Below, one piece after another: positions 25,677 to 39,900 of a stretch of 64,000 bases of DNA (the first letter of the stretch is position 1; each line of letters begins with the position of its first letter). Source of the DNA: Tubiluchus corallicola (taxonomy: Eukaryota > Animalia > Priapulida); assembly GCA_030141605.1 (NCBI GenBank), contig JAQGDQ010000023.1, positions 620,001 to 684,000 of the forward strand, written 5' to 3'. Under the pieces are notes generated by a model. That model made no database searches. It was not told where the DNA came from and saw only the letters and a list, made by a program, of their open reading frames with translations. The position numbers and the translations under genes are program-made.

Positions 25677-25990
25677 CAAGACCGTCTTAACAGCATTGTA
25701 GGCCCCCGGGCAAAGCTCTACCTACACACTGGGCCCTCTACCTACACAGTAAGTCACAGGACTAAAAATGCAAATGGTCGATAAAATTAAACGTATATTT
25801 ATTGTATTGGTACTTCCAGCAAAATCAGTGTTAAAACAGAAAGTAACGTGCAGTACAGCAAATTACTTGACATTAATCAACACAAACGTTTTAACAATAT
25901 AACATAAACATTGAAAAGCACATACATAGAATAACATGGGGTCCCTGTGCTCGTGGGGCTCGCGGGCAACTGCCCAGTGGGCCGGCCCTG
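25677..25990. mobile_element. hAT-type MITE
   Basis: Termini CAAGACCGTC / GCCGGCCCTG, GGGCCC-rich subterminal motifs, flanking duplication CTGACCA(C) at 25670 and 25991. Confidence 0.65.
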
Positions 25991-27199
25991 CTGACCACAG
26001 CCTTGCAACATCCAAGATGTTTTTTGACGTACACTTATCCCATGTAAGAACCATATATATACTTACGTTCATGTTTTCATACTCATAGTTAAATGGGCAA
26101 TTATTAATTCTATAGATACAATTTTAGTGTGACGCAAATTTGACACTTGACAACAACGGCAATTCATCTGACAAATCCGTTGTTTTGTGGAAGGAGTGAG
26201 TTGGATTCAGAAAGTTTCTTCTATTAATTCAGGGAAACATCAAAAACTTAAACAAATCCTATTTACCTGCGATATGCTTCTCTTGAGGAGGCATTGAGAC
26301 AAAGTATCTGCTTCCATTTCCAATTTTCTCATTGAAGGTATTTTTGAGACTTTTTTCGTGCTCATGATGTAAAATTACATGTAGTTTGTCCGATTAAATG
26401 TCGTTTTTCATAACAACTAATGTAAGCAAAAAATCATGCTTCACCATGAACCTCCACAAAGTTAATCTGTAAAGTTCAGGCTAACAGTGAAGATCTTGTA
26501 TGCCCTAAGCATTTTATCTAGTGTCTCCTTGAATGATCCTATAGGAACGTGTCGAGAAGCGCACAACTTTTTTGTTGAATCTCAATATTTCGATCTGCCT
26601 TCGAGTACTGCCTAATACGTTTACATTCAGAACTCATTACTGACTACATATAGTTCTTTTTCGGTAAACAAAAAGTTTAACTTTTTAGTCTCAAAACAGA
26701 TCTTTTATCAGGTTCTTTTGCACTAATGGGTTAAAGTTGACAATTCTTAATTTTTTAAAAACTGATTACACAAAGTTTCAAATTGCATTTCTATGTCATC
26801 ATTACGCGACGTGTCAAAGTATTTTCTTTTATTTACATTCTAATAAGCGGTCTTAAAATGCTGCTTGTTTATTTTTTTATTTAAAGTTTATTTCAACACA
26901 AAAATGTTATATAAAAGCTAAAATTCAAGAAAGTTTTAAAAACTAAGAAATGCTACATGTCGTGCATTATTAAAAGAGCTACCGAAACTTACAGCCGTTT
27001 CTGCAATGCAGTACGCAATTGGAAGAATGTTACAAGAAAATACAATGATTGTTAACTTGTCGCCAAATCTACTTTGCGCTCCACAGGTGCGAGCAAAGGT
27101 GGAAAAATTTAGGACCACCGACGTGAACCAGTGAACAGACTGCTGAGGTCAGGTAAAATTTTTGCCCAGTGCAGAGAGACTGGGTGAATTTGGGGTATG

Positions 27200-27480
27200 G
27201 GACTTGAGAAAAGGAGAAAATTTGATGGTTTTCGAAAGGACCTGCTGCAGCAATGTGTACTGCGTCAAAAAAACACATGAGAGATAACTGTCTTGGAGAA
27301 GATGATGGCGAACACAACCATTTTTGGGTGACCAAGAAATGAATGCTAAGTGTAATGGCCACGTCATCAAGAACAACAAGTCGTTGGGAAAACAATCAGA
27401 GAAAAACAGTTCCTCAATATAAAATGGTGGATGAATAATATTAAGGAGTTGACTGGGAAAGCATTGGCAGACTTTACAAT
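27200..27480 (+). mobile_element. RTE-like LINE 3' relic
   Basis: Fragments ENLMVFERTCC, GHVIK and KWWMNNIKELTG resemble RTE ORF C-terminal motifs. Confidence 0.4.
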
Positions 27481-28299
27481 ACTGATAATAATAAAATCAG
27501 TTGCGGCTACAATGAGTTATTTTAGCTGAAGTAACTAATTTCTAGTTTGAGAAATTTTCGTTATTTTTTTTATTAACAAGTATGTATAAAGTATTTCAAA
27601 TCAACTGAACGAAGTCTAGTTCAGTACGCATGAGTGCCGGATGATTAAGTTAATATTTAGCTTAATAACTTTCATTAACAACTGTTGAAAGGAGAAGTAA
27701 CTGCTCAATGTATAAAATTATGGCGAAACTAAATAATTTTGCTTCTTTCCAACCAATCTGCGTTCCGAGCTTCCTAGGGTGAAACCTAGTTAGCTTAATA
27801 GTTCATCCGCAACTGTTCCTCGAGTCGAAGTTGGAACGGGTTTCAAATTCTAAGGCAATGACCATGACACCCTTGAACTTGACTGGCTATGGTAAAATTG
27901 GTAAAATATGTGGTAAAATAACAATTTTACGCAAGATTTATCTACTTCATTAGGACTGAGCAGGCGTTTAATTGTGACAGATTTAAACGAATTGTTACAT
28001 ACCCAAGAAACGCAGGGCGTCCAGATGGATAGAAAGAAAAAACATAAATTTTGTCACACTTCCAACCATTTGACCATTTGAAGGAGTGCAAATCATTTGA
28101 TATTCATGTATGATAAAGAATAACTTCACAGTAAAAGCGTACTGCTAGAGTGCATTGTAAAATATGATAAGGATCAATGTTCCGTCTCCTTTATTTTTAG
28201 GGATCTGGATAAGCGCCCTACAAGCAGTTATCATTGCGAAACTTTTGTGGAGTTTTTTTGGAAAAAAAGGTAACTGAATAGTGTTAAATTAGTGCAGTC

Positions 28300-28499
28300 A
28301 ATAAATAAATAAATAAATCGGTCCACCAAACACAGACAGACAGATAGACAGACACACAGACAGACAGACAGGTAGACAGACAAAGACAGATAGAGAGACA
28401 CACAGATAGACAGACGGACGGACGGACAGACAGACAGACACAGAGAGAGACACACAGACAGACAGACGGACGGACAGACAGACAGATAGACGGAGAGAC

Positions 28500-28556
<57 letters not shown>

Positions 28557-28750
28557 CAGGCAGGCAGGTAGGCAGACAGACAGATAGAGACACAGACAAA
28601 CAGACGAACAAACAATCACACATACATACATACTCACATACAATTTAATCATGCAAGCGTATGCACTTAGGCAAGCAAGCAAACAAACAAGTATACGAAC
28701 AAGCAAATTGATACTCTAAAGCAAGCAAGTATGCAAACAAACAAATAAAG
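28300..28750. repeat. Compound (GACA)n/(GGCA)n/(CAAA)n microsatellite
   Basis: Seen directly. It generates three low-complexity minus-strand ORFs. Confidence 0.95.
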
Positions 28751-29116
28751 AAAAATCAAACAAGGGGGACGAAGAAATAAACAAATTATCTACCAAAAAT
28801 ATAAATGACGAGCCGAAAACATGTGGCTCTATATTAATAAAGCCGTACAGTAAATCTTAATTGTTTGACTAAACTGTTTTTAATTAAACGACTCATTAAA
28901 GTCATGTGCAGAATAAAGATTTTTCATATTTTTTCAGTCGTTACACAGGAAACTGTCTTTTACTTAAAATCAACATTCAAATTTTTTTAGAAGCTCTTGA
29001 ATTTTCCCAGTTTTTTTGTCAAAATACTGCAGAGTTACGGCAAAGCACAGCAAAAAGCGAAGCGAGTGATATCTGGGTTAAACACTCTAATTGGGTTAGT
29101 GAAAGTTGTGGGACGG

Positions 29117-29232
29117 TATATATAAAGCAAGCTGTCGGTAGAAAATGAATGACATTGCAAACACTTCGCGGACAACCGTGGTGTCAATTTTCTGTGATTT
29201 TGTGCTATATGACGGTGGACTAAAATCTGAAG
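29117..29232 (+). promoter_or_regulatory. Putative TATA promoter and non-coding first exon of the ZP gene
   Basis: TATATATAAAG at 29117-29127 and donor AAG|GTAATT at 29232. The ATG-containing exon begins right after an acceptor (TTTGTTTCCAG at 30922), so an upstream exon is needed. Confidence 0.55.
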
Positions 29233-30923
29233 GTAATTATTCCATTTTACTAATATAAGCGATGATTGAAAGGTTAATTAATAAAGCACAATTAAAGAAA
29301 AATCGTTCTTTATTTTAAAAGTATTTTTAATCTAGAATATTTGAAACTTATTTGAAAATTTGCTTTATCTGTTTAAATGTAATTAAGAAAAAATGTTATT
29401 AACACTTTACTATTGTTACTATGTTTTGAACTACTTTTGTGGACATAATTACAATTAATGTTTTTGCTATGTTCCCAATATTCGTGGGTGTAGGCCTACT
29501 GAAACAGCAAATTATTCCAAACCGGTATTTGGGCCTCTGTAACTGTTTATCTTGTTGCATAATTAAACTGACAAGCTTGCAAAGTCTTATCCACTTTCTG
29601 ACTGCTTAATAAAAGAGTTTATTAAGAAGAATCAGAAAGCTACTATGCCTATTTCCACTATGTTCAGCAGACCAAACGCTTTGATTACTCTGCTACTCAA
29701 GCCAATTAATCTACACATAATTACAATCTAGCTGCAGCTCTCCCGAGTGCTGGATTTTAGCGTTTAAATTATTCAGTGTGGGAATCCCACATGAGCAGTG
29801 AAACTGTTCGTCCAAAACATGCAGTTAGACCTGTAAATTCCTAAGGGTATCTAAATTTTCTTATCTAAGAATCAGTGCTACTTAATCTGTATATGCATTC
29901 ACTTTCATATGCACACATGCTTTCACTTTCTGCACTTAATCTTCTTATACGAGCATCATGTTACTCAGTTTAAGAACCAAAACTATTCCGTGTGTTGGAT
30001 ATTTAAATTAGTCAGTACCCTGAACACTTAAGTCTACTCTGTCAAAATACTCTAATCACTTCATCTATCGAGCTTTTATGCCTCCCTACTCTAAGTTACT
30101 GCACGCTAAATCCTTTAGCTGTTGAGTACACACACCAAACTCAAGTGCCTAACTGCGCAAAACAACCATTGTAAAAAAACTCTCAATCCTAAAAACAGAT
30201 GACTGCATGGCTGGCACCACAATGGAAAGGACCAGACACTTTCAAAAGAACGAACCAAACATGAGCCAGTCTTTCAGTATTGAGACTTAAGATGAACTAC
30301 AATACCCAGACGTTCACAAATAAACTACTTTCAAAGAGTAGAGACTGCTAGGAAGTTATTCAATGCATGGAGAATTCCTGACTATACATCTTGTGAACTG
30401 AAGCTGTTCAATGGAAAATCTCGAGTACGAAATTTGAATTCCGAGATTATTTAACCCATACTGTTAAATAAATAATACTTAATTACTATAATGAAAGATT
30501 GACATAACTGTCAATAGTCCATCATTTGCAACAGTCAGAAATGAAAACGAGTGAAATTGCAACAAGGGAAATATCGGAAATATCCCCATTTTCTGCTATC
30601 TCCTTCAGAGAAGCGTTTGTTGGCACAAGAATATTGCCTAAGATCGAAAATATCTCCAGTATATTATTATTTTTGTTGAATACAAATGAAACCAATTGTT
30701 TTACTCTTGTACGTGAGAACCGAACCGCAGGAATAAATTTTACCGCACCGCATTGCTTTCCACACGAACAATACGTCATTCTAACAAACTTTACAACTTT
30801 TTACAGACTGCCCACTAATTATTATCAGCGAACATTGATTTTTGCATTGATTTGGACATAGGCAATAATACTGCTTAATAACACGTAAAACTAATAATAA
30901 TTATACAGAACTTTGTTTCCAGA

Positions 30924-33900
30924 ATGAACAGGATAACGGCATTGTGGTTGCTGTGTTTGGTGAGTGTCAGATTTTTATACTTGTAATTTAATGTAAAGAT
31001 TGTGAAGAGGACTACAGTTAAAATTGGTATCATGTAATACAATACGTGGGTGAACTAGTGACGTACCTGAATGCTGACTTAACATATTGTTTTTTCAACC
31101 CTGTTAGATATTTTGAATGCTTTAGGTATACAGGGTACTATTTGTTTGACTGTTTGTGTGGCGAAAAGCAATTTGTATTGCAAAAGTTTGGACTGTACTA
31201 CTGACAATCGTAAATATTAAATATTAGATTTTACATATCTTGTTAAGGCTGTTTATTAACATCGACTGAAATTATCAGCATTATATCGTCATACCTGTCT
31301 TCATGAACTCATCTTTTTAAGATTTTTTAAAGCAGTTAATGGCGTTAATTGACTTCTGAGTTATAAGACAGCTTTAAAACTCGGTTTCGTTTCTAGGCCT
31401 GCCATGAGTTTTTCATCTACTTAATTAGTTAGGTTTCGTTTGCTTATAAGCATTTTATATAAACTTGAAATAACGTGGGTTCAATCGACGATCCTTGCCG
31501 CACACCATCTGTGAGTTCTAATCAAAAGCCAGTCCTACACAAGGGTTACGATGCTATTTTCTTCTAGTTACGTAGCTGAAAATAAGGAAATGTTACTGCT
31601 CTTGCATAGTATAAGCCACTATTTTTCTATTATTAGTTGGAAGACGTACATTCAAAGGCATAGAATTATTACCATTATTTCCAACATGTTTCCAGAAATA
31701 GTCGCAACATGCTGCATTTTCTAGATCGGGTGTAGCTTCTTCCTTGTTGCGTAATCACGTCGGAAATAGAGCTAATGTAAATTGATAAAACTACCACAAA
31801 GCTTTTAAAACTACAGTATATACCTTAGCGAGGTGACGTAAATGTCAATTCTGATATGCTTTTGCACTGCAGCTCTCCTATGGTGTGATCGTGACCTCAA
31901 TACAGTTTCAACTCGAAGCAATGGTGATAATAAAAATTTAATGACTTTGCAACAGTAGAGTTTTTAATTATCTGCAAGCAACCATTATTGGTTACCATTA
32001 TTATTGCAACACCGATAATGAAAACGGCTTTTCTAAACCCCCCCCCCCCCGATCAGTATAACATACTGATTTTACTACTGCTGACCTTACTGACATAGTG
32101 GTCAGAGCATAACGTTGCTAGTTAAATTCTTTATGAAGTGTTACAAAAGGTATGAACCGAGTTTCGCAACAGACCAAGTTTCTTTTCATTCGCAAAGTAT
32201 TTTGAAGATTTGTTAAAACTGTTAACGACTTTACGGCGTCGAACTTTTCCAGTGACTATGAATTTTAGTTATATAACAATAAAGTGTTTGAACCTTTAGC
32301 ATAAAACTTTCTATGGCAGAAAAGCTTATATACCTTACGGAGTTATCTGTGCCAAATGGCGATATTTTAGTCATCGAATGTTAAAGCAAAATTTGCTATT
32401 TTGGTTAAGTTATGAAAAGATAATTTTTTTAAACAACAAAAATAGTACTGACAGATAAAAATTCAAGTATGTCAGCTCCCGAATAGCCACTGGCGCCTTT
32501 ATAAGAAAGACACGAGTTTTTTAATCCTAAAATTTACACAGACTTTCTGCTTACAGACTTACGGTAAGTTGATATAATTGTGGACATCCGAAATATACAG
32601 TAAACAATAAAATGTTATGTAAGCATACATGTAGAACGATCAGTAAAAAACTACAACGTGTTAGGAAGTTGTGTTAAAGTAACGCTATAACTGTTTTACA
32701 CATTAAGAAGGAACTGTTACATAATAGTCAGTTTTTTGATAACAGAAATCATGGTTATCTCTAGCGTAGACTACAATAATTAAACTTCGAGCACACATTT
32801 GACCAGAAAAATAGTCAGTAATACTATGGGAAGTAGGGCGAGATTGAAAAGGTACTTTCTAATTGTCAACTTTAACTGGAATTTCATATTTTAAAATTTC
32901 TAGAAATTTTGTCAAGGTAGCCTGCTGGGACATAAGAAAGTAGGTAATTTATCTTTAATGGAAACAACCCTAGATTTTAATAAGCTTGGGTAAATTGGCA
33001 AGAAATTGGCATGTTTCTCCTCAAACTGTAGCACTCATGAGCACGAACACAAAGGCTTCTTTTGCGATTTAAAGGAAAACCGCACCCAATCTTAGACTGT
33101 AGGTCAAAACAACCTAATCTTTAAGATATTGACAGGAAACAAACTATTTTTTCAAAAGTGATTTACTTGAAAGAATTATTATCACACAAACACAATTACG
33201 CGTTCGCGCCCCTAGTTCTTCGCTGTTACATGCATTTCGCAATTCTCTAGTTAGACAGGCACTAGCGCTTGCATTTCGGAAACACATTGCACAAAAACAG
33301 GTGCTGTACCTCTCAATTCAGATGTGTTAGTTTGTGACGAATTACACACGTTCGACTGCTCATGCGTGAGTACAGCGGTAAATTTGAATTTTCGTCTTAA
33401 AATAGTTATCTAGAACATGGTTAGTTTTAGTACAACCCTGAATATCTTACAGTAACACTGTACTTCAATTTTCGCTTTTGCAAATACGTGCATCACGCTC
33501 GCGGAATATTTTTGCTATTGAAAATTATGTTCGTTTACGATGTCATCAATAGTTAGTTAAGATTTTAATCTATTATTTAATTATCTAAAACGCGTTAATT
33601 GTTTTAAAATGTATACTTTTTGTCGGACTTGAAATGGGGTAGCATAAGAAAAATCATCCTGTCTTCCTGAGATTTGCCTGCAAAACCATTTGCTTTTCAT
33701 TGGAGAGGAGTAATTTTTGCACATTACGTGTTTGTTATCTTAATAAAATTGGCTGTCTGAAAAACGAATTTATTGAGTAATTTTTACAAAAATTCCTGTT
33801 TTGATGAGCAAAAAAGTTAATTTTCAGTAACTCACCAAAAAGTTTACTAATAAATGCTAATAAATTAAAAAAACTAAATTTAGTTTAAGAATGACGACGA

Positions 33901-36900
33901 CAATGACAGCTTCAACGGTTAAAAAAATTACTAAGAATTATTGGGCTCACAAAAAAATCCACCAGATTGCAGTTACTAAAAGCGGACCTACGTTGTAAGA
34001 TCTATGGGCTGAGTAAAAAGTTGGCATTTCCACAATTGATGAACTGCCGTCGTCGGTCTCTTCACTTTCGATCTTAGTATTTTGTATAGTTTGGACAATT
34101 TTAAGCGAGAGTGACCAATTTCAGGTCATCGCATTTTGCTAGTAATGAGAGAAAATAATACGCCTAAGGCTAATTGTTTACCAGCAGGAATGTAGACCGG
34201 ACCATTTTAAAGCCTGTCGGTAAAGAAGCACATTTTCTCTAGCCTACTTAAAAGCAAAAATAGTTTTGTTGCTACCTAAATTATATTGTAATTTCGCATT
34301 CTTTACACTTTGAGAATCTCTGACATTACGTTCCAAGAATATCAATTATTTAGACATAATTCTGTTTTTGTAGACTCTAGTGTTTATTTATTAAAAGAGA
34401 TGAAAGTGACAAATAGCAGTGCACATTTTTACTAGCAAATAAATCTTTGACGAAATAAAACTGACTTTAATGAAATATAGTGATATTGTACGTCTGCAGG
34501 CCATGGGGTGGCACTAATTCTTTATGTGCAGCACGCAATAATTTGTGCATCTTTAATTAAAACAAAATTTTCCATCAGTTATATAAGTGTTACTTGCCTG
34601 CTAAATTTTGTGGTTGAGCAATAATGGAATTTAAAAAATTTAATTTTTAATTGATAAACTAACTAATTATTTAAAATGCAAGAAACGTCCTGTTCTGCTT
34701 TGGAACATAATCAGTCGAACCTGCAACAGATTCAAATAAAATCATTTCCGATTACTTTTAAATGTGCAAGGTGCATTTAAAACTTATATTAGCTGCAGGT
34801 CAGTAATTACAAGCATTTTGTATATTGTATACAGAAATTAGTTTGCTATCAAGTAATTGAAACTGAATTACATAGTTTCCCGACTCTGTCATGTGATGCG
34901 CGCAAGCGTAGAAGCGTGAAATAAGTGTCCTATAGTGTAAAACTTATATTAGCTGCAGGTCAGTAATGACAGATATTTTGTATTTTGTCTCGAAGTATCA
35001 ATAGGCACAACACAAATAACAGGTTGTGAGTTTAACGGTCTGAGGTAATGCCATGCTTTCCTACCATTCAATTGTCTATGAAGTTAAAAACGTAATTACG
35101 GCCTATTTTCCACCGAATGCGGTCCGAAATATTTGGCATACATTTTGACCAACGCACACAACAGTGAAGCACTAAAGTATAGAATATCGCTAGTTATTAG
35201 ACCATTGTCATTATAAACTGTATATAGTTCAGTCATGTTGTATTGCTCAGATGAACTGCAAGCTCCCATTCTCATTTACAGTTACAGGTCTGAGCATTTC
35301 TTCAGTTTTAGTGTTTTGTTATTGAGTTGCCATTGTGAAGTTTAGAGACCTTACTGCAACAAGAAATGAATGCAAACATTGGTATAATTACTAGTGCTTG
35401 TGGCAAAAAAAGAATCATTGCCAAAATTGTGGCAGGCGATACATGAGAGAACCAGTTTCTATGAATCTGGGAATCATACTGTTTTTTCAGTGCAAACCAT
35501 CGCTTCAGCAAAAAATACCGTTGTAAATGCTAAAAATTAAGCCGTAAGAAGTAGCCAGTAAATTTATGACACTGCAACTACCCAAGCATATTTAAATTTC
35601 ACTCTTTTGATTTTTTTATAATGGTTTTTGGGCCTTTGTAGTTGCAGCGACATAAATGTATTGATTATTTTTTAGATTAATTTCTAGCTTTGATAATGAC
35701 ATTTTCTCCCGAAACCATTGTCTGCACTCAGCAAACAACGTGATTGACCGTCATGTTTCGAAAAAAAGAAAAAATTTACAATCATAATTGTACAAACAAA
35801 ATAGTTATAAGACAAAATAACGAATGTGATAAAAACAGTGTCAGCATGTGAACGATACTGTTCATGGGGGAGTCATGGCTTACATACAAACGCCATATGT
35901 AAGCGTAACAAAAGTGTATATTGCGCAAAATTGACGAGAAATAAGTCATGCGTTTGACAGGTTAGACGATTCGAGCCATTAGTAATGACAGTTACAATGA
36001 TTATCACTATATTATTAGAAATTTAAAGTACTCGAACGTATTTGCTGCTCTTCAAACATAGATTTTTCAATCGTTTTTGACATCCGTTAAAACTTTTTAT
36101 ATCCTACTTTTGTATCCTACAGTTAAAACTATTTACGTACTTTTGTAATACTAGCAGACATCGTTAGTGTCTTGTTTAAACTATTAAAACGTAAAATTAT
36201 TCAAGCTGTGCACGAAAAAATAATTTGCCCAATTAAAAAATGTTTTACATTAACGAAACTGCCTTGTGTAACAGCCAGCATAATGACACCAAAATTTTAT
36301 TAATTCATGTTATTGTAATAAATGCAGCGCGCGGAGTTAGTAATACCATGCGTGAGGCTATAATTATGTTAATAGACCAACGTCATCTTACTCACTGTTT
36401 CAATGGCAAGTACATAAGAAACTTGACCCACTTACCAACAAGAAGAAATAATTATCTGTTCATCAATAATAATTTGTCTCGACAGCACGCACCACTACAC
36501 CAGTGTGGTTTAAGTGAAAGTTTTTTGCCGTATCTAAGTATTTTTTATTCCGTACCCCTAGGCTGACTAATGAGTTAGGAAACTAATCTTCACATGCATA
36601 GCAAAAACGTTGAGTTGGGGTTTCTAACTAAAATTGAAAAAAATGGAATAATACTCGTACTATAATTTTGTACTACAAATTTACAGTTAGGCATTAGTTA
36701 CATATATATTATAAAACATTCGTTGTTTTTCCATTGTATTATTATTTAGACGCAGAATATTATAAGTTTAAAATTCATTAAACGCCCTAGCCATACCTAC
36801 ATTGAAACTGATTTCTAAGCTTGGTTTTACTGAAACGTATAAGAGAAATACTAATGTAGTTGTTAATGTAATTAAGCCTTATATACTTGCTGTTCTACTT

Positions 36901-39900
36901 AATAGTACGCTTGTTTAACTTGTTTATCTTTTTAATAGTTGTCAGTCAGATTCGGGCCAATAATTCCCCGTTGTAAATTTTACCAAACTAACAAGTTAAA
37001 AGTGTTTAATTAGTTGCTTGATAAGCAGATTGACGTCATCTCATACTTGGTTTAGCAGCAGAAACCATTCTTTTTTGTTTAAGGATTTGTACAAAATCTG
37101 GTCGTTTGTAATTAGCGGATTTGAAAGCTTTACCTCTTCTAAACATTCAAAACAGTTAAAGTACAAGGTCAGCAAATGAAACAGCAAGACAATTCTTTTC
37201 ACTAATTTTTGCAACAGTAACATGTTTGAAAAAACGTGTTCGTCAAGAAAGCTTTGTTGCTGTACATAAAGCGCAGGCGGCGTCTGTTTATAGCCAACCC
37301 ACAATTAAATAAAAATGCGGTCACGAATTTCGCATGCAAATAATTCTTCTCTTCTTCGGGAGGGAAGTGTGCATTGTTATACACAGACAACTGGTAAACA
37401 GCCTTCTAACTCTACTATATAAGCTACAATGTATAACAATAGTCTAGTTATTGTTTTTAACGATTTGCATACTGTAGTTGTCATTTATTATACAATTTTA
37501 TACTTATGAATGTGTATTCATTTTAATTAGAAAAATCCAGCGATTCACTGTATATTAGCAGTTTTAAGGTGCAAATAAAAACTTTGGATTTTCTTAATAA
37601 AAACGTAATAAAATGTATTAATACCATATCGTGTGTTGCTTATGAGACTGATATAGATATTGCTCTTGTTATAAAGAATTTAAAAAGTTTATTATGAATG
37701 TGTAACTTTGTTTACGGCTCGATTTTTGCAATTGCTTTTCTATTACATATTCCTCACTTTTATGCGCTAATAGACATTTCAGATATTTTTTATTTTTTAC
37801 TGATTTAGGTCATAGTCAGCAGTAATAATTTTTTGACAGTACCACACTTACAGTTAAAGAGATTGAAATCAGATCCCCGACAGAAGCGTAACCTTTCTTT
37901 AAAATCAACACAGAATCCAATATTTCCATTACGCTATATCAAATTGTTGTTGTTTCAACTGAAGTTGTTGTTGCAAGTGTTGTGGATAGTTATTATCGTT
38001 ATTGTAATAGTCATTCTTACTATTGCTGTTGTTGTTGTTGGTAGTGGCTTAAATATGCAAATAGTGTTTGGTGTTACTGTTATTGTTGTTGCCGTTGCCG
38101 TTCTTCATTTTCAAAAATTGTATTGGTTATCGGTACAAGTATGAATTCAAAAACATCACAAATGTGACACAGAACAATCGTTCAAAATACGTGCAATAAT
38201 TCGATAATGCGATGTGGAATTATTGTTTGTATCCAAAGCCTGTTCAACAAACCTTACTTGAGTGAAAAGCCTTAATTAGTTCTTATTGCAAGAACTACGT
38301 GGCGCAAGTTTTAAAATAAATATTTAGAGAGAGTGAGTGATACAGATAGACAGACAGATGGATAGACAGTTGGGCAGAGAAAGAGAAAGAGACAAAGAGA
38401 GGGCAAAAGAGAAGGAAGCGAGAGGGAGAGAAAGAGAAAGAGAAAAGTTACAAAGCAGTTTTTAACATAAAACCTGTCTGTAAAATAAAATATACAATAA
38501 TAGTCAACTGTAAATAATTTTATGGCTTGTACATTTTTATGTGGCTATATTTTTGTTTTCGAATCATGACACGAATATCAATTACTGTAATTTTGTCTTG
38601 CGCCATGTAGGCGTTCAATGTTGACCTATTTCGGTTATATACCAGGAAATCAATTTACTAACGAATGGTGTAATGAAACTTTAGGCATAAATTAACTTTA
38701 AATTTTACGCACATCGTGAGCAGTATAGCATTATAATTGCGCAAAATTGTTAATTATTATCTGACAGTTTATGAACAACACCCAACTTTATGTTGCTAGA
38801 ATTGATAAACTGGCAATAGTAGAAATAAATAATGTGAAAGTTTTAAAGATTTTCAAAAGTTTTAGAAAAGTTCAAAGCTTTGAGTTACAAAAAATAAGGT
38901 GCCATATTTTGATGTCGTGCAGTAATTTATATTCGTTGAGGGAGAAAAAATAGACCATGGAGCTTTGCGCATAATAAACGCATTATAACTAAAGTCGAAT
39001 ACTTATTTGAACTTCGCTATCAATAACATAGCGTACAAAAGCTTTGAAATGATTTTGTACTGTGATTTAATCGTGTTTTAGGCTGCGTATGCAAAAGGTC
39101 AAACGCCGACGTACAGGGTAGGAGAACGACCCCCGGAACCTGTCAGACGCCCAGAAGACTACCTTCCTATGCCCGTACCAATGAACAATGTTTTAGGTAA
39201 GTGTTTTATTGAATTTCCAGCTTCTCGGATTGTCTCCATGAATGAGACATGATTTATTTCAGTAAAATGCTGAAAGTTACCAAACACGAAATTAGGAACA
39301 AATATTTTTGCGGATTATTGGAAATTAAAAATATAGTAGAATAAAGAAGACAGAACTGAAAGAGGCGACAAACTTTATTTTTTGGCTGTCATTCGTATAG
39401 TTTCCTTAACCAAACTGCTTGTTTAACTGATGTTTTTTGTTGTATACAAATTTGTTGTATACAATTAATTAAATTTTAATATCAAACTTGAAAGGCAGGA
39501 AATGTGAAAAAGTTGGGTTTAAAACAGGGGCCTTCTATTTACAAGGCAGACACCTTAGATCACTAAGCAGAAGGTCCCTGGTTCAAATCTTTATTCCAAC
39601 CTTTCATATTTCTTTTCTTTCAAAGTTTTGTACTAAAATTCAGTAAATCAATCTAGACATTATGATTATTCTATTTGTTTCGCTTGTAGACATTGCGGTT
39701 TTCTGTAAGCTTGACGATAATGTCATGACAGTAGACATCACGTTTGAGAGGAACTTTGAAGGAGCGGTCTACGCTAAAGGCCAGTATAAATCAGATGGTT
39801 GCCGCACCGTTGCCGCCCGAAATCAGAGACGGTTGGCCGTTGATTTGCCTTTAGATGGTTGTGGAACCATCACCGACAGAAGCGTAAGTTTAATTAAGTA

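Noticed and set aside
28231-28706. Three overlapping 105-140 aa ORFs (CLSV repeats)
   Set aside because: Translations of the (GACA)n microsatellite.
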